The translations under genes were made by a program, and so were the position numbers. This document shows positions 13,757-27,170 of a stretch of DNA of 64,000 nt, one piece after another (the stretch's first letter is position 1; each line of letters opens with the position of its first letter). The notes under the pieces are model-generated. The model was not told where the DNA came from and did not search any database. It saw only the letters and a list, made by a program, of their open reading frames with translations. The DNA is from Felis catus (Eukaryota), in NCBI RefSeq assembly GCF_018350175.1, contig NC_058368.1:14820001-14884000 (forward strand), in the 5' to 3' direction.

Positions 13757-13782
13757 AGATAGGTAGATAGATGATAGATAGA

Positions 13783-13816
<34 letters not shown>
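13757..13816. repeat. (GATA)n(GACA)n compound microsatellite
   Basis: Direct reading. Confidence 0.95.
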
Positions 13817-13817
<1 letters not shown>

Positions 13818-14041
13818 GAAGAATGATCTTAGTTTACCAGTTGCTGTGCAAAGCACAGAAAGAGAAAAATTCCTATTCAGTGAAACCTTAAAGTTTCCTC
13901 CCATGAAGGAAAGTTCATTTGAAAGCGGCTAAGAACTAGTTCAAAAACCATACTATTCTCTTTTTTTTTAAGGACTGAATGGGAGCCACTGAGAATCTAA
14001 CTACACTTACTTCCTCTTGCCAACGCCCCATCCACTCACAG

Positions 14042-14898
14042 GGAGTGCACTGCTTGTGGGAATGCAGAACGGAGCAGCCCTGGTGGAAAACAGTATGGAA
14101 GTTCTCCCCAGATTTAAAAATAGATTTACCATATGAACAGGGGTGCCTGGGTGGCTCAGTGATTGAGCTTGATTTCAGCTCAGGTCATGGTCTCACGGTT
14201 CTGGTTCATGAGATCCAGCTCCAACTTGGACTCTGTACTGATAGCACAGAGCCTACTTGGGATTCTCTCTCTCCTTCTCTCTGCCCTTCCCCCCCTTGTT
14301 CTCTCTCTCTCTCTCTCTCTCTCAAAATAAATAAACTTTAAAAAATTCAAAAAAAAAAAACCCAAATTACCCTATGATCAGCAATTCCACTTCTGGGTAT
14401 ATACTCAAAAGAAGTAAAAACAGATACTTGAAAAGATATTTGTACACACATGGCCATTATTCATAACAGTCAAAACGCTGGAAGCAACCCAAGCGTCTAT
14501 CAACAGAACAATGAATAAATAAATGTGGTATATCCAAACAATGGAGTATTAATCAGTCTTCAAAAGGAAGGGCTGTCTCATGCTACAACATGGATGAGTC
14601 TTGAAGACATTATGCTAAGTGAAATAAGCCAGTTGCAAAGTCATAAATATTGTATGATTGCACTTATATGAGGTAACTAGAATAGTCAAATTCCCAGAGG
14701 TAGAAAGCAAAATGGTGGTTCCAGTGGCTGGGGGAGGGCAGTAGACAGCTATTGTTTAATGGGTACAGAATTTCAGTCGGGGAAGATGAAAAAGTTCTCG
14801 AGATGGGTGGTGATGATGGTTACGCAATAATGTGAAGAAAAAAATGGTTAAAATTGTAAATTTTATGTTACATATACTTAACAAAATAATAAAAAAAA
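14042..14898 (+). mobile_element. L1 3' end (L1MB-like), interrupted by a SINE
   Basis: GGAAAACAGTATGG, CAGCAATTCCACTTCTGGGTATATAC, ATGCTAAGTGAAATAAGCCAG, 3'UTR and A tail. Confidence 0.88.
14140..14360 (+). mobile_element. Can-SINE inserted in L1
   Basis: Head GGGGTGCCTGGGTGGCTCAG, CT tract, A tail; degenerate TSD TTACC(A/C)TATGA(A/T)CAG. Confidence 0.9.
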
Positions 14899-15118
14899 CT
14901 GGCCTCCAAGAAAACATTAGTAAACTCACCTGCTGGACAAAATAGCGATTACGTCCGGCAAGCAATATACACATAAGGAAAAGTGTATATGCACTGAAAG
15001 TGTATGCACTGAAAGAAGCAGAAGAAAATTAAACACAGAAAAACTGTGTTCGTTAAGATGGTATATGTGGAAAAGAGAACAATTTGCCCTGGTTTCCCAG
15101 GAGAGAGAGCGGTTAATA

Positions 15119-15190
15119 GGTTTTAGCATTGAAAGTTCCATATCCTGGGAAACCCTCCAGTCCCAAGCAAACCTAGATGGTTAGTCACCA
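15119..15190 (-). mobile_element. hAT-Blackjack MITE fragment, MER81-like
   Basis: Minus strand GGTGACTAACCATCTAGGTTTGCTTGGGACTGGAGGGTTTCCCAGGATATGGAACTTTCAATGCTAAAACC. Confidence 0.7.
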
Positions 15191-18100
15191 GTGAGTGAAT
15201 TTTAAAATAAAAATAATTAATAAAATGCTTACAACAGCTGTTGGGCTTTTCTCCCCTGAAGGTCTTAAAGGAAGGGAAGGAAGGAAAGGAGGCAGCATCG
15301 TTGGAGCAGCTAGCGTGATCAAGGGCACCGTGTTTTTTAATTTAATTCTACAGCTTTCCAACCCTGGTGCCAGCTTCTCCTTAATTCAGAATGCGACCAC
15401 CGAGGCTCAGAGGTGCTGTATCACAGGCTGATCTACAGCGGAGCTTGTTACCAAGGAGTGGAGGTGGGAAGGAGGAGAGTGAGGACTTGTGGGAAGAGAG
15501 AAACAATGGCAGGGGCAGGAGAGGGGAGGCGATACTGGAGGGGGACGGAGTGTGTGCAGGGGAGCAGGGAGGAGAGGGGAGCAGAGAGAAACAGGGGAGT
15601 ATATTGGTGACTAGTTCTCAGTGCCAGAACCCCTGATGCTAGCCTATAACTCCACAGTCGTGTTCTGAGTGATCTCTCCGTGTCTTAATAAGGTCTAAGT
15701 TGCATGAGCTAGCATGTGTGGGCTCCTGCCCCTGGCACCCTGGATACCGGACAATTAAGTGAACACCAGGCATGCCCTGATGGCCACGAGCAAAGCCGCA
15801 GCCCGAAAATGCAGATCACATTTTCGGAGGCATCAGGGTCCCTTCAAAACCCCTTAGAATCCAGGTTTGTGAAAACACCACCAGAACCGATCTGTGCTCC
15901 CAGGGTCAGGAAAATAGTCCTCTATGACAGGAGGACAGAGGCCCGCAGAATTTTCCACATTTTCTGGAGTGGGGGCTTACAAAGCTTTGACATGTGCCCC
16001 TATTCTTTTATAGGCTCAGCCAACCCCTAGACACTGCTACCTCACCTCCAGCGCCTATCCACCCAGCACCTCTCCCAGTGCCCGGGCCTGGCCCATGTGA
16101 TAATCCCAGCGCTTCCCTCAGGCACCTCTCAGTCAGGAAAGGAGGGAGGAAAACTGACTGGGAACATCTATCCTAAATGTGAAAGTTCCTGTTCCCCTGC
16201 CCCTCAATCCCCTCCAGTGTCAGCACTTTTAGCAGAGGGAGCTCATCAAGCGAAGCATGCATTTCACTGTGCAAGTTTCCCAGGCAACAAGGTGAAGTGA
16301 GGACAATTTGAAAGGAGGTGAGAAGACACTTCATGGCCTGGGGCTAATTCTGGCTGCCTTTAAGTCGACTCCAGACCAGCTCCCCAAGGCTGTGAAATTG
16401 CATACCTCCTTCTTGTCACAGATTCTCTAAAACATGTATCAGAGTTTTCTGTGGACTCCTGGACAATGTCAAGTTCCTGAGCACTGTGCTGCCAAGTGAC
16501 CATGTCGGGTGGACCCTGGGAATCAGCTGGTTGACCAGCTAACTAAAGGATTCTTAGCCACAGAGGACCACAACCACTGCTCTGAGGTTTCCGCCATTTT
16601 TCTTTTCAAACAAGGCCTCCAGAAGGGAATGCCCTTAACCCTGGGATGGGCTTGGGCACCTCTCCTCAGGGTTACGGTCACTGAAGGGTTATGGTCACTT
16701 CTCCTCAGGTTAAGTTAGGGTCACTGAAGGCCAGCCAGGAGCTGTAGAAAGTTGGACAAAAACTCTGAACTCACTTTGACACAGGTTCTTTCTGTCCTCA
16801 CCCCTTCCCTACACTCACTATTCTGTCTCTTCCTCTCATGATTTTTGTGCCACGTGGTTTTGTTTCATATTTAATCACACCGTATTTCAGTCCTGCCATC
16901 AGAGATCCATAAAAGGTAACATTTAGCGTGCACACCCGTGAATCTGGAATCTACCCTTTCATTTCAAAATCATTAAGACATATTAATAATAATCTGATTA
17001 GTTGTTTCAAGTGCGATCTCTAATAAACAGAACCATTAGTCTGTGTACCTACATGCTGCTTTGGAACTTTGCTGAACCACACAACCTCTGGCCTTGGCTG
17101 GGGTGGGTGGGGTGGCTAAGCGGTGACTTGGTCTACACTTCTCTGTGGTTCTCTAAGAGATAACAGCCACCTTATATTAAAACATAAGTCTGAAAAAGCA
17201 GGAAAACAGATGCTTACAGCCTCCACAGGTCTAAATAATATAACTAGATAGACAGAACAAATACCTAACCAATATGACATTTGGGCGATCATATGACATC
17301 ATTGTGAGATATGGGCAAGAAAACTCCAAAGAATGAAAAACCTTGACCTCAAAAGCAATTCCAGAACTTTAGTCAAAGCTGCAAACTAAGTCCTAATAAG
17401 AAAACTATATGACGTCGTTGTTAAAGTTTTGTGAGCTTTTAAATATATCCATATAGTTGGAGGTAATGAAACATTTCTGTTTAAATCTCAAAATCAAAAG
17501 CATCCTTTCCCTTTTAAAGGCACCAGGCAATAAATGTGATGAACACCTGCCGCAGTTCCTACAGAGATGTCCCCACTGGGCCGGAAGGGGTCAGCCTGAA
17601 AGGAGAGAAGTGGGGATACAGTTTGTCCCATGGGGAGTTTGGGGCCCTGATCCACCTGCAAAGAGCGCCTTCCTTCACTGCTTCCTCTGGCAGAATTTCC
17701 CTTTGCTTCACTCTCCTCAACACCAGATGAGGCTGCTCCAATATGCAAAGACCACTGTCTACAGGATTTGGTAGAAAGTCAAATTAACAGTAACAGCTTG
17801 CCACAACGAACATAAAAATGAAGCCATTATATTATGGCCCACATGACTGTCAATCTATTGGAATTTCTCTGAGACTCAATTATAAGGGAACAGCTGAAAC
17901 GCTTCTCACGTAGATGGGTTGCAAGGGGGGTTGGGGAGGTACTGCCACACCAAGTCTCTGAGTTGCAAGCTATTCTTTCAGTAGATTACAGACTCTCAGA
18001 CTTCTTTCCTAAGAGAAAACAAGAAAGGGGGAAAAAGCCACCTTACTCACATCAAGCTCAGAGGACAGCTCTACAGAAAAAGGTTTTTTTCAGGATGGTA

Positions 18101-18382
18101 CAGGTCCTCCAAACCCCCGACATTCTCCCGTCTACAGTGCTAATCAACCAGTCAACCAACAAGAAACAAAACAGTCCTCACCAGTTCAAAACCAAGTAAA
18201 ACCTTTAGTTTAAATTTCTCTGGGTCTAGAGTAAAATGCTGCAAGTTAAAAGAAAGTAAAACCGGGGAAATCACACAATGTAACAGGTGAACCTGTACTT
18301 CAGGGAATTTTCACCTCTCCTACACCTGTAAGGAACCAACATTCAGGCCACATAATCTGAGTGTCTGAACTCATGTGGCATG

Positions 18383-18789
18383 TGTAGTGGGTTGAATGGC
18401 GGCCCCCAAAATATATGTGTAAGTCCTCAACCCCAGCACTGTGCATGTGACACTATTTAGACACATGATGGATCTCAAGATATGATTGTTCTGAATTAAC
18501 TGGGATTATCCACCCAAAATCCAGTGACAGGTGTCCTTACAAGAGACAGAAGAGAAGACAGAGGAGAGGGCATGTCATGACAGAGGCAGAGGGGAGGGAT
18601 GAGGCCACAAGTCACGGAATATCTGGAGCCACTAGAAGCTGGGAGAGGCAAGAAGAATTTTCTTCTAGAGCCTTTGGACAAAGTGTGGCCCTACTGACAC
18701 CTTCATTTCAGACTTCTGGCCTCCAGATTTGTGAAGAATGAATTTCTCTTGTTGGGTTTTTAAAATTTTTTTAATGTTTATTTATTTTT

Positions 18790-18821
<32 letters not shown>

Positions 18822-19051
18822 GCGTGAGCAGGGGAGGGCAGAGAGAGAGGGAGACACAGAATCCAAAGCAGGCTCCAGGCTCTGAGCTGTCAGCACAGAG
18901 CCTGATGTGGGGCTCAAACTCATGAACTGTGAGATCATGACCTGAGACAAAGTTGGACTCTTAACTGACTAGACCACCCAGGCACCCCTGAATTTCTTGT
19001 TTTAATCCAAGTCTGTGGTAATTTATGGCAGCAACCCTGGGTAACAAACAC
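18383..19051 (+). mobile_element. MaLR solo LTR (MLT1C/D-like), split by a SINE
   Basis: TGTAGTGGGTTGAATGG start; GGAGCCACTAGAAGCTGG; GACTTCTGGCCTCCAGA; resumes after the SINE with TGTGGTAATTTATGGCAGC. Confidence 0.82.
18757..18988 (-). mobile_element. Can-SINE (felid) inside MLT1
   Basis: Minus-strand SINE; TSD TGAATTTCT(CT)TGTT. Confidence 0.93.
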
Positions 19052-19991
19052 AGCTGAGTACCAGAGCCTGCCAATCTCCTCACTGGGGTCCCTCTTTGCT
19101 AAAGAAGTATTTGTCTCCACCCAACACATGTCCACTTGATTGTGACACAAGCAAAATAGGCAGTGATGTAGCTAAGACCTGCCTCATCACCTAAAGACCC
19201 TTTCTCCTTTTCCTTCAGAGAACCAAGTCCCTCACTTTTGTTTTCTTTAAAACTGGTTAGCTTTCCTAGGTTCTGCTAATCTTCCTTGCAAGTAAAGAAA
19301 AAATTTTACCCATGGCCCTAGCCACAAATGAGTTGAGAGCAATATCAGATTAAAATGACCCACGTTCCCACAGTTGAGACCGTTTACTTTTCTTTAATGT
19401 ACAATCAGCCCTTTAGTGGTATTTGCACTTTTTTGAAAGGTAGGAATTTCCTAGACATCCTGTTTCTAATATTTTTCCAGAGGATACAAACAGTTAATTT
19501 CATAGGATATTTCGGCTAGGGGAGAACTGGCAGAGTAGGGAAGCAGGAAGGGTAGCCCCATTTCAGGGCCCTAAACGTCACTGACGGGCTTCAGGCTACA
19601 CACAGCGGAGCGAAAGAGCAGAGATGAGACTGGGCAGTATGGGACCCTTCCAAGCCATGGGAATGGAGCTACAAGGAAAGGGCCCCCGAGTAACGAAGAT
19701 ACAATTTATAGTCTCACTAAGGCTACATACCTGATAAAGAAAAGCAAAGGTGCCAGGAATATACTCAGTTCGGTTAAAAAGAAAAGTGGGTCACATCCAG
19801 CTGTTCAGCTTCAGGTAGCTCAGACAGCCAACCAAGTGACAGGATTTCCACTCTGCACAACTCGTGCTACGCCTGCAGTGAGGTGGGCAGAGAATCATCC
19901 ACTGCCTGCAGTGTTGCTGGAGCATTGAGAGAAGGGGAAGAACCCTAAGGGGGTTCTCTGGACCCCAGATGGGAGCTCTACCATTAGGAAT

Positions 19992-19993
<2 letters not shown>

Positions 19994-20040
<47 letters not shown>
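19994..20040. repeat. (CA)n microsatellite
   Basis: Direct reading. Confidence 0.97.
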
Positions 20041-20044
<4 letters not shown>

Positions 20045-22332
20045 AAGGACATGACAGTGAAGCAGAGGCTCAGAGCTTGATGAAGATCCCTTGCGAGGTA
20101 AGGTGACAGGAGGAGACATGTGCTTTGATCAAGAGTTCATAATAAAGGCGCTCTGCCCCATGCTGGGTTCTGGAGCTGCTTACACAACTCGGGGATGAAA
20201 TCCCATCCTTATGCCTCATTTCCATTTGGCACCAGGAGAGGGATCAAGGTACAAACTACTCCTATCTTCTAATAATAGTCCTACCTTGGACTTCCTTTCT
20301 ATGTCTAGACTAAATCCTTCCAGTTGTTCATTACTGAACTCCCAGGAGCTTCTCCTTTTTCATCCACATTATTAAAATTCTCGTCCCCAGATTGCTGACC
20401 GCAGACTTGGATGGCTATCTCCTTCCCAAGTGTTTCTACTCAAGTGTTTCTACAGCCTCTGCCCTCCATTTGTTTCAGCACCAGCACACCTCTAGCTCGG
20501 TCCTGCCCACAACCTGGGCCACATTCCTCCCCTCTTTCTTTCCCTTAGGACCTTTATGTGCTTCCCAAACATCTTTCAGCAAATTCCTCCTCCATGGAGA
20601 TTCTCAATCATACAAATCTCTCAATCATTGGACATGAGGTGCTGGCTGCTTAGTAAGTGCTCAGCTCTTGTGTGTGTGCGCGCACAGGGAGGGAGAGAGG
20701 CAGGGAAGACAGGAGTGGGAGAGAGGAGAGAAAGGCCTTATCCTCAGAGCTATATACATAGTGCTCAAAAACATGTCCTAATGAATTTACAAACAAATAA
20801 TTAGGATGGGGCCAGATTACGAAGGTTCATGAAAGTCCAGGAGAGGCGTTCTGCCTTAATATGGTGTGGGTTGTAGAGTGACTGTAGGTTGCCAAACAGA
20901 AAAAAGTGACCAGCAGCCTGTGGCATTTTAGAAAGGCGCCAAGGAGACGAGGGGAGGGGGGGCACCACTGAAGCAGATTAAGAAGGAAGCGATGATGAAT
21001 ATCTCTATGAAGATGGAAATGAGAAGGCAGCTTCAAATGATGGCCAGAGAGTGTAAAAACAAAAGAACTTTGTGGTTAATTACGCATGAGGGATGAAGTA
21101 AAAGGGAGGCTGAGTGGTGGCTCAAGTACATCTGTAAATTGATAACTACCCACCTTCTGGTGCAGGTCTGACCCCTTCCCTTCTCTCCTCTGTCCAGCAA
21201 ACATGACCAGTCATGAAACTTACAGTCCCTAAACTGAACAAATCCATGTTTTCCCACTGCCCAGTGCCTGCTTTCCCCCATCTTTTGGTGATAACCCACT
21301 TGCCTACTTGCCCACATCAGCTCCCAAAATATCCCTGAAGAACACAGAAAAGGAAAGATGGGAAAGGGTTGAGGACAGCCAAGTGGGGGTGGGGCCAAAG
21401 GAGAAGAGGTGCTAGGAGGAGAGGTGGTCACACATGATAAAAATGCAACAAATCCCCTGGATTGTGCAACTAGGGGTCCACTGGGAAAAATCCATGAAAA
21501 TCCCTTCAGGGGAGGGGTGTGTGAACAGGCCAGTAAGTTGAGGACTAAATGGGAGGAAAGAAAACTCTACCCACCCAGAGGAACCCAAGGTCCACTTGCT
21601 TGTAGAAAAGACCTCCCCTCATGCTCATGACCCACCTAAACCCTCTGGACTCAGGGCTCTCCTCTTATGGAAAGCTCAACCCAACGCCTTTGCCACTCTC
21701 TGATCGAACTGGGTGTACCTATGTCTCCTACAGGGCTCACTGGGTTCTTCCCTAGCAGGGCACAAGCTTCATGATATTGTGATGATCCATTTCCTTCTCT
21801 GCCTTGGGACTGTGAACAGGCACCTTTGTGTCCCCCACACCTCTCCCAGCTCCTGGCAAAGAGAATATGCTCCAGAAATGAATGAATAAATGGGGAACAG
21901 AAGAAAATGAATGTAAAAACTTTCTTCAAAAGCTCGGATGAGAAAAGGAAGAGAGAGCTCAGCAGATAGAAGGAGGAAGGGCCAAGGAACGATGTTTGTG
22001 AAGGGAAGAACATGTTCAAAGGCTAAAATGAAGGAGAAGATATCAAGAGGTTGAAGATACAAGGATGAGAGACTGATTTCCAGCCCGAGTCCCAGAGGAG
22101 AGGGACCAAGGACACTCAGGGGTAGGAGCAAGCTTGGGGCACAAAGAGTGGAAACTTGCTTTCTGAGACTGTAAGGAGAGAAAGAAATGTAGGCAAGGTT
22201 TTTGGGGATGGTGAATGAGGAACAGTCTGGAAGTTGAATGAGTTTATGCTCTGATACCTCTGAATAAAATGAAAGGTCATATATCAAATAGCAAATTGAA
22301 ACAGAAAAAAATATATTTAAAAAAACCAAGTA

Positions 22333-22536
22333 GGGGCATCAGACTGGTTCAGTCAGTTAAACACCCACTCCTGGTTTCGGGTAAGGTCATGATCTCCCAG
22401 TTCGTGGGATCAAGCCCCACATCAGGCCCTACACTGACAGTGCAGAGCCTTCTTGGGATTCTCTCTTCCTCTCTTTCTGCCCTTCCCTGGCTTGCATGCA
22501 TGCATGCTCTACAAACAAACAAACTTTAAGAAAAAA
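22333..22536 (+). mobile_element. Can-SINE
   Basis: Diverged head GGGGCATCAGACTGGTTCAGTCAG, body and A-rich tail. Confidence 0.88.
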
Positions 22537-22630
22537 TAGGTTAGAAAAAAACAACAAGTAGAAGAATTGACAAAAGTTTAGAATAATTGTCCAGGAGAAA
22601 ATATTTATTGAACACATGGTATGTGCTAGG

Positions 22631-23183
22631 TGTTATGGGCCAAACTGTATCTTCCACCCCCAAGTCATATGTTGAAGTCTTCACTTCATATCACCTCAGA
22701 ATGTGACCATACTTGGAGGCAGAGATTTATAGACGTAGTTAAATTAAAATGAGGTCATTAGGTTGTACCCTAATCCTATCTGTCTTGTGCTCTTATAAGA
22801 AAAAGAAATATGGGGGGTACCTGGGTGGCTCAGTCGGTTAAAGCTTCTGACTTTGGCTCAGGTCACGATCTCATGGTTCGGGAGTTCGAGTCCCGCCATC
22901 AGGCTCTGTGCTGACAGCTCAGAGCCTGAAGTCTACGTTGCATTCTGTGTGTTCCTCTCTCAGCCTCTACCCCACTCATGCTGTGTCTCTCTTTCTCAAA
23001 AATAAATAAACATTAAAAAAAAAGAAGAGGAAATTCAGACAGACATACAGAGGGAAGACCACGTGAAGACACAGGAAGAGGACAGCCACCTACTAGCCAA
23101 GAAGAGGGGTCTCAGAAGGAACCAGTCCTGCCAACACCTTGATCTGGGAACTTCTAGCCTCCAGAACTGTGAGAATATAAACT
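22631..23183 (+). mobile_element. MaLR LTR, MLT1B-like, split by a SINE and 3'-truncated
   Basis: TGTTATGGG start; TCATATGTTGAAGTC; CCTCAGAATGTGACC; CTTCTAGCCTCCAGAACTGTGAGA. Confidence 0.82.
22813..23023 (+). mobile_element. Can-SINE (felid) inside MLT1B
   Basis: Head, body and A tail read directly. Confidence 0.92.
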
Positions 23184-23265
23184 CTCAGTCTCTGCACATT
23201 GTTCCATTTGCCCAAACTCATGAATACACCAAGCATGGAGGTAAGAACTTTAGCCCAAATATCTA

Positions 23266-23481
23266 ATTTATTTATTTTTATTTTTTTAATACTTATTTAT
23301 TTTGAGAGAGAGAGAGCACGTGAGCAGGGGAGGAGCAGACAGAGAGGTGAGAGAGAATCCCACACAGCTCCACACTCAGCGCAGAGCATGATGCAGGGCT
23401 GGGTCTCACGACCACGAGATCACGAACTGAGCCAATATCAAGAGTTGGATGCTTAGCCAGCTGAGCCACCCAGGTGTCTCC
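23266..23481 (-). mobile_element. Can-SINE
   Basis: Minus-strand SINE; degenerate TSD AA(A/T)TATCT(A/G)ATTTA. Confidence 0.9.
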
Positions 23482-24004
23482 AATTATCTGATTTAAATCA
23501 ACCACCCTATGAAGCAGGTGTCATTGCCATCCTCAGTCTGCAGTGAGGAAGTGAAGGGAGACGTCGGGTAATGTCTCCAAGGACACAGCAATTGTGTATG
23601 ATCCCATCAGTCTGACTCCAGAGGTCTCACTCCTTACTAAGTGTTCCATGACCAAAGACTGGTTAAGGATGTATCTCAGGCCAACTTTGGATGAAAACCA
23701 CAGCTTTGAAAGACATCAGTCTCCACTATTCACCATTTCTCCCGCCAAGAACATAAGCAGAGAAGGCAGATGGGGCTTATGGTGTGGATCAGGCAGGGAA
23801 CAAAGGTGTCAGGGATCAGAGTGAGTGGAAGCAAGCACAGGAAAGAACATATATGAGCCATTGGAGAGCCAGAGATGACTGGGGAGACAAGGACTCTTCC
23901 GACCTACATGGGGCTGGAGACCCCACCACGCTATGCCATCCAGCTCGTCACGGTGCCAGCCTGGCATGCCGTAAACATAAGGGCACAGAGGTGCAGGGAG
24001 ATGA

Positions 24005-24118
<114 letters not shown>

Positions 24119-25222
24119 TGAGCTGGATGTCACCCCGTTTTCTACTAGAGCTCTCACACTGTCACTTTGTATAAAACGGTCCTGAAACTGGAAAATAACA
24201 GAAGGGAGGTCCGTAACCTGTGAGCAAGAAGATGAGTTTGCTTTTTGGAATCTTGAGTTTGACCAACATACAAGTCTGCCTATGTTTCTCCTTTTGCTTT
24301 CCACTGCTCTAACTCAACTGAAATCACGTTATGGATTTCATACAAGTGGAAACCTAGTGTCTAAAGCCGTTCGGGCCAACCTTTCTCAGCCCCTCTTGTG
24401 CCAACTCACCATGGCAGGTAGCCCTGCCTACTCTGACAGGCAGTGGCCACTGACTTGATGTGATTTGGAAACTTTCACAGTGGGCACTAACCTCAAACCC
24501 AAAATATTCCTTCCTGCAATGCAATGTGTGAGGGGCCCACATAACTCCATCCTGAGTTCCCCCAACCAGAGCAGCACTGGCAGTTTAACTGGGACACTGT
24601 CTTGTCAGTGACACAGACAAGAGAGAGCCTTCCAGGGAGCCCCTGTGCACCCTACTGCGTGAATTGTTTTTCCAATTAAATTTGTCACTTCCCTAGGCCC
24701 TAAAAGGATGAGACACAGAAAAGGTTCAGTGTAAGGGGTGGGATTGGAGGCTGGAGTACGGGAGGGAGGAGCTGTCCTGACCAGCTCTGGTCAGTCCAGG
24801 GATGACAGGAGGGGCCCAGCTGGGTAAGGAAGGACTGCACAGATATGCCAAGCAGATGGGTGGTGGTGGCAGACAGAGCCCAAAAGGAATTTCTGGGATG
24901 CCTCTCCCATGTCAGCATCCTGCCAAGGCTGGCAGAGTGCTCACCTCCTCTCCCTCACAACCTCAGTGACACTTCTGTGCGCCGTTGCGGATGAGCCTTC
25001 AGCCATGAGCTTGAGGCAAAACCCTGCGAGTGGTAATGAGAAAGGCTGTCCCAGCACTTCAACTTTCCTTAGGTTCTGAATGCAGCTTTGTTGGAAACTG
25101 CACTAAACAACTCTTTCAGCCAAATCCAATGAGCACATCAGCGCAATGTCCTAAAACAATTAACAAAGCCTTAGAAGGGTCCTTAGTAGAATTTGGATAT
25201 TACTGTTTAAAGAATTGTGTTG

Positions 25223-25343
25223 GGGGCACCTGGGTGGCTCAGCTGGTTGAGCATCTGACTTGATTTTGGCTCAGGTCATGATCCCAGGGTCACGAGATTG
25301 AGCAGCATATTAGGCTCTGCACCGAGCATGGAGCCTGCTTAAG

Positions 25344-25403
<60 letters not shown>

Positions 25404-25480
25404 CCCTTTTTCTCTCTTCCCTTCTCCCCTACTTGTGCTCTCTCTCTCTCTCTCTCTCTCAAAAATAATAATAATAAAAT
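25223..25480 (+). mobile_element. Can-SINE with expanded (CT)n
   Basis: Head and body; (CT)n about 25345-25400; TSD AATTGTGTTGG. Confidence 0.92.
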
Positions 25481-26989
25481 AATTGTGTTGGTAATATTCA
25501 AAAAGGTTCACTTGTGAAACTCAGACTTGCTTTAGAATTTTACAAAATGATAAATATAAGACGCTTATTTCATAAATACAAATGAATTCAGATTATATTA
25601 GCTGTTCCAGATACATAAACTACTTCATGCATACCAAGAAATTGGATACAAAGCCGTGTTCTTTGTAAGTGCCAGTTGACTATGGTTCCCCTTGAAGCAT
25701 CTGAGCAGATTGGACAAGTTTTCCCTCTGCACAATTTCTATACTCCTTCACGGAGGACTGGCAGGATGGAAAGGTATGTTAGCCACTCACAGCTCACCAA
25801 ATAAGTTACCTAAGAGCACGCAAAGGACTCATGTGTATGAGGACTTGTTTCTGATAAACCACACTTGGATCGATGAGTGGTGCAAAGCACTTACCACTTG
25901 GGCATATTGCTCTAATTACCCAATATTAAATGATTGCTGATTAAAGTTTAGAAATGCATGCATTTACTACTGATCACCATGTGCATTCTGACGATCTATA
26001 TCTCTTTTATTCTCCAGGGCACCTTGAGTAATGAGAAGAAACACCCACGGGTTTGGAACATAGCCAGAGACAGGTGTGGGCAGAGACGTTGAGAAGAACA
26101 AACTAGTGGTTTTAGAAAAGTCCAGTTCACCCAAACTGGTCCACTCTTCAGTAACTAAAACAGTAATAGGCCCAAGCATACAGTTCCATGCTCAATGACT
26201 AACTCCACACCCAGATGTCGACCCAGGGGTGTAGAAAAGATGGAGAGGTGTTCATTTCTTTTCCCCATGAGGAAAGTCAAGGAGGAAAGAAGGAATCCAG
26301 AAACAATTCTGGGAATGGGACTAACCTACCCCAGGCAGGCCGACTGCACCACCAATTCTGTGAGCCCTCAAGTGCCAGCCTCATAGACAGACTGGGTAGC
26401 TGATACGAAGTAGACTGCCATCAGCCCTGAATGAAATCTTAATGGCTTGTTACTAATGCTTTGTTATAAATTGGCATCAATTTCAGACGTGTCACTATAT
26501 TGACATGATGTAAGTAATACATGAAGAAAACACTTGACCGTTTAAGAACTGATTTTCTGCATCACACAATGCAGCTTTCCTTTTAGTGAAGCCTACATGC
26601 ACTACTTTCATAATCAGCTTTCCACTTTCTAACCCGACTCCTTAAAACAAGATCATAATTAAGAAGGAAATAATCATAAATGATACACTGCAAAATAATT
26701 TGCTGTTTAACAATGCAATATGATTTGAAAACCTAAAAAGAATAATCAACTTGTATTACATATTTGTCCACATGGTGTCACTAGACCTCCAGGAAAGTCA
26801 AACATTCTCAGCCTGACTGATTACATCAGACTTCTAGGCTTTTTTTTTTTTTCCCCCTTTAAATGCCCCCATTCCATGCAAAATGGTTATAAAGTGAGAA
26901 TGGCATGAGTCCTAAGATTAATAGAATTGTCTTCTAAAAGAACTGTAAAGTCAGGTTAACTCCCAAGCACCATACACATACACAGCTAT

Positions 26990-27170
26990 GACATATAATA
27001 GAAGTAAGTGTAATAACCATCATTTATGGATTACAAGGCACAGTACTAAAAGCTTTATGTATATTGTCTCATCTAAGCCTTAAAATACTATCTTCCTTGA
27101 AGGTAGTTATACCCATTTTTACAATGAGGAATCTGAGCTCCCCAGAGTTTAGTAATCTACTGAACTGTCC
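26990..27170 (-). mobile_element. MIR
   Basis: GAAGGTAGTTATACCCATTTTTACAATGAGGAATCTGAG is the MIR core in reverse. Confidence 0.65.

Noticed and set aside
21769..22329. Longest ORF (186 aa, minus strand, hydrophobic)
   Set aside because: Low-complexity L/S/F composition from a pyrimidine-rich strand that looks like L2 relic sequence; no domain or exon structure.
26018..26073. Plus-strand candidate exon (TCTCTTTTATTCTCCAG acceptor, GTLSNEKKHPRVWNIARD)
   Set aside because: Weak donor (GTGTGG), unrecognised peptide and no partner exons.
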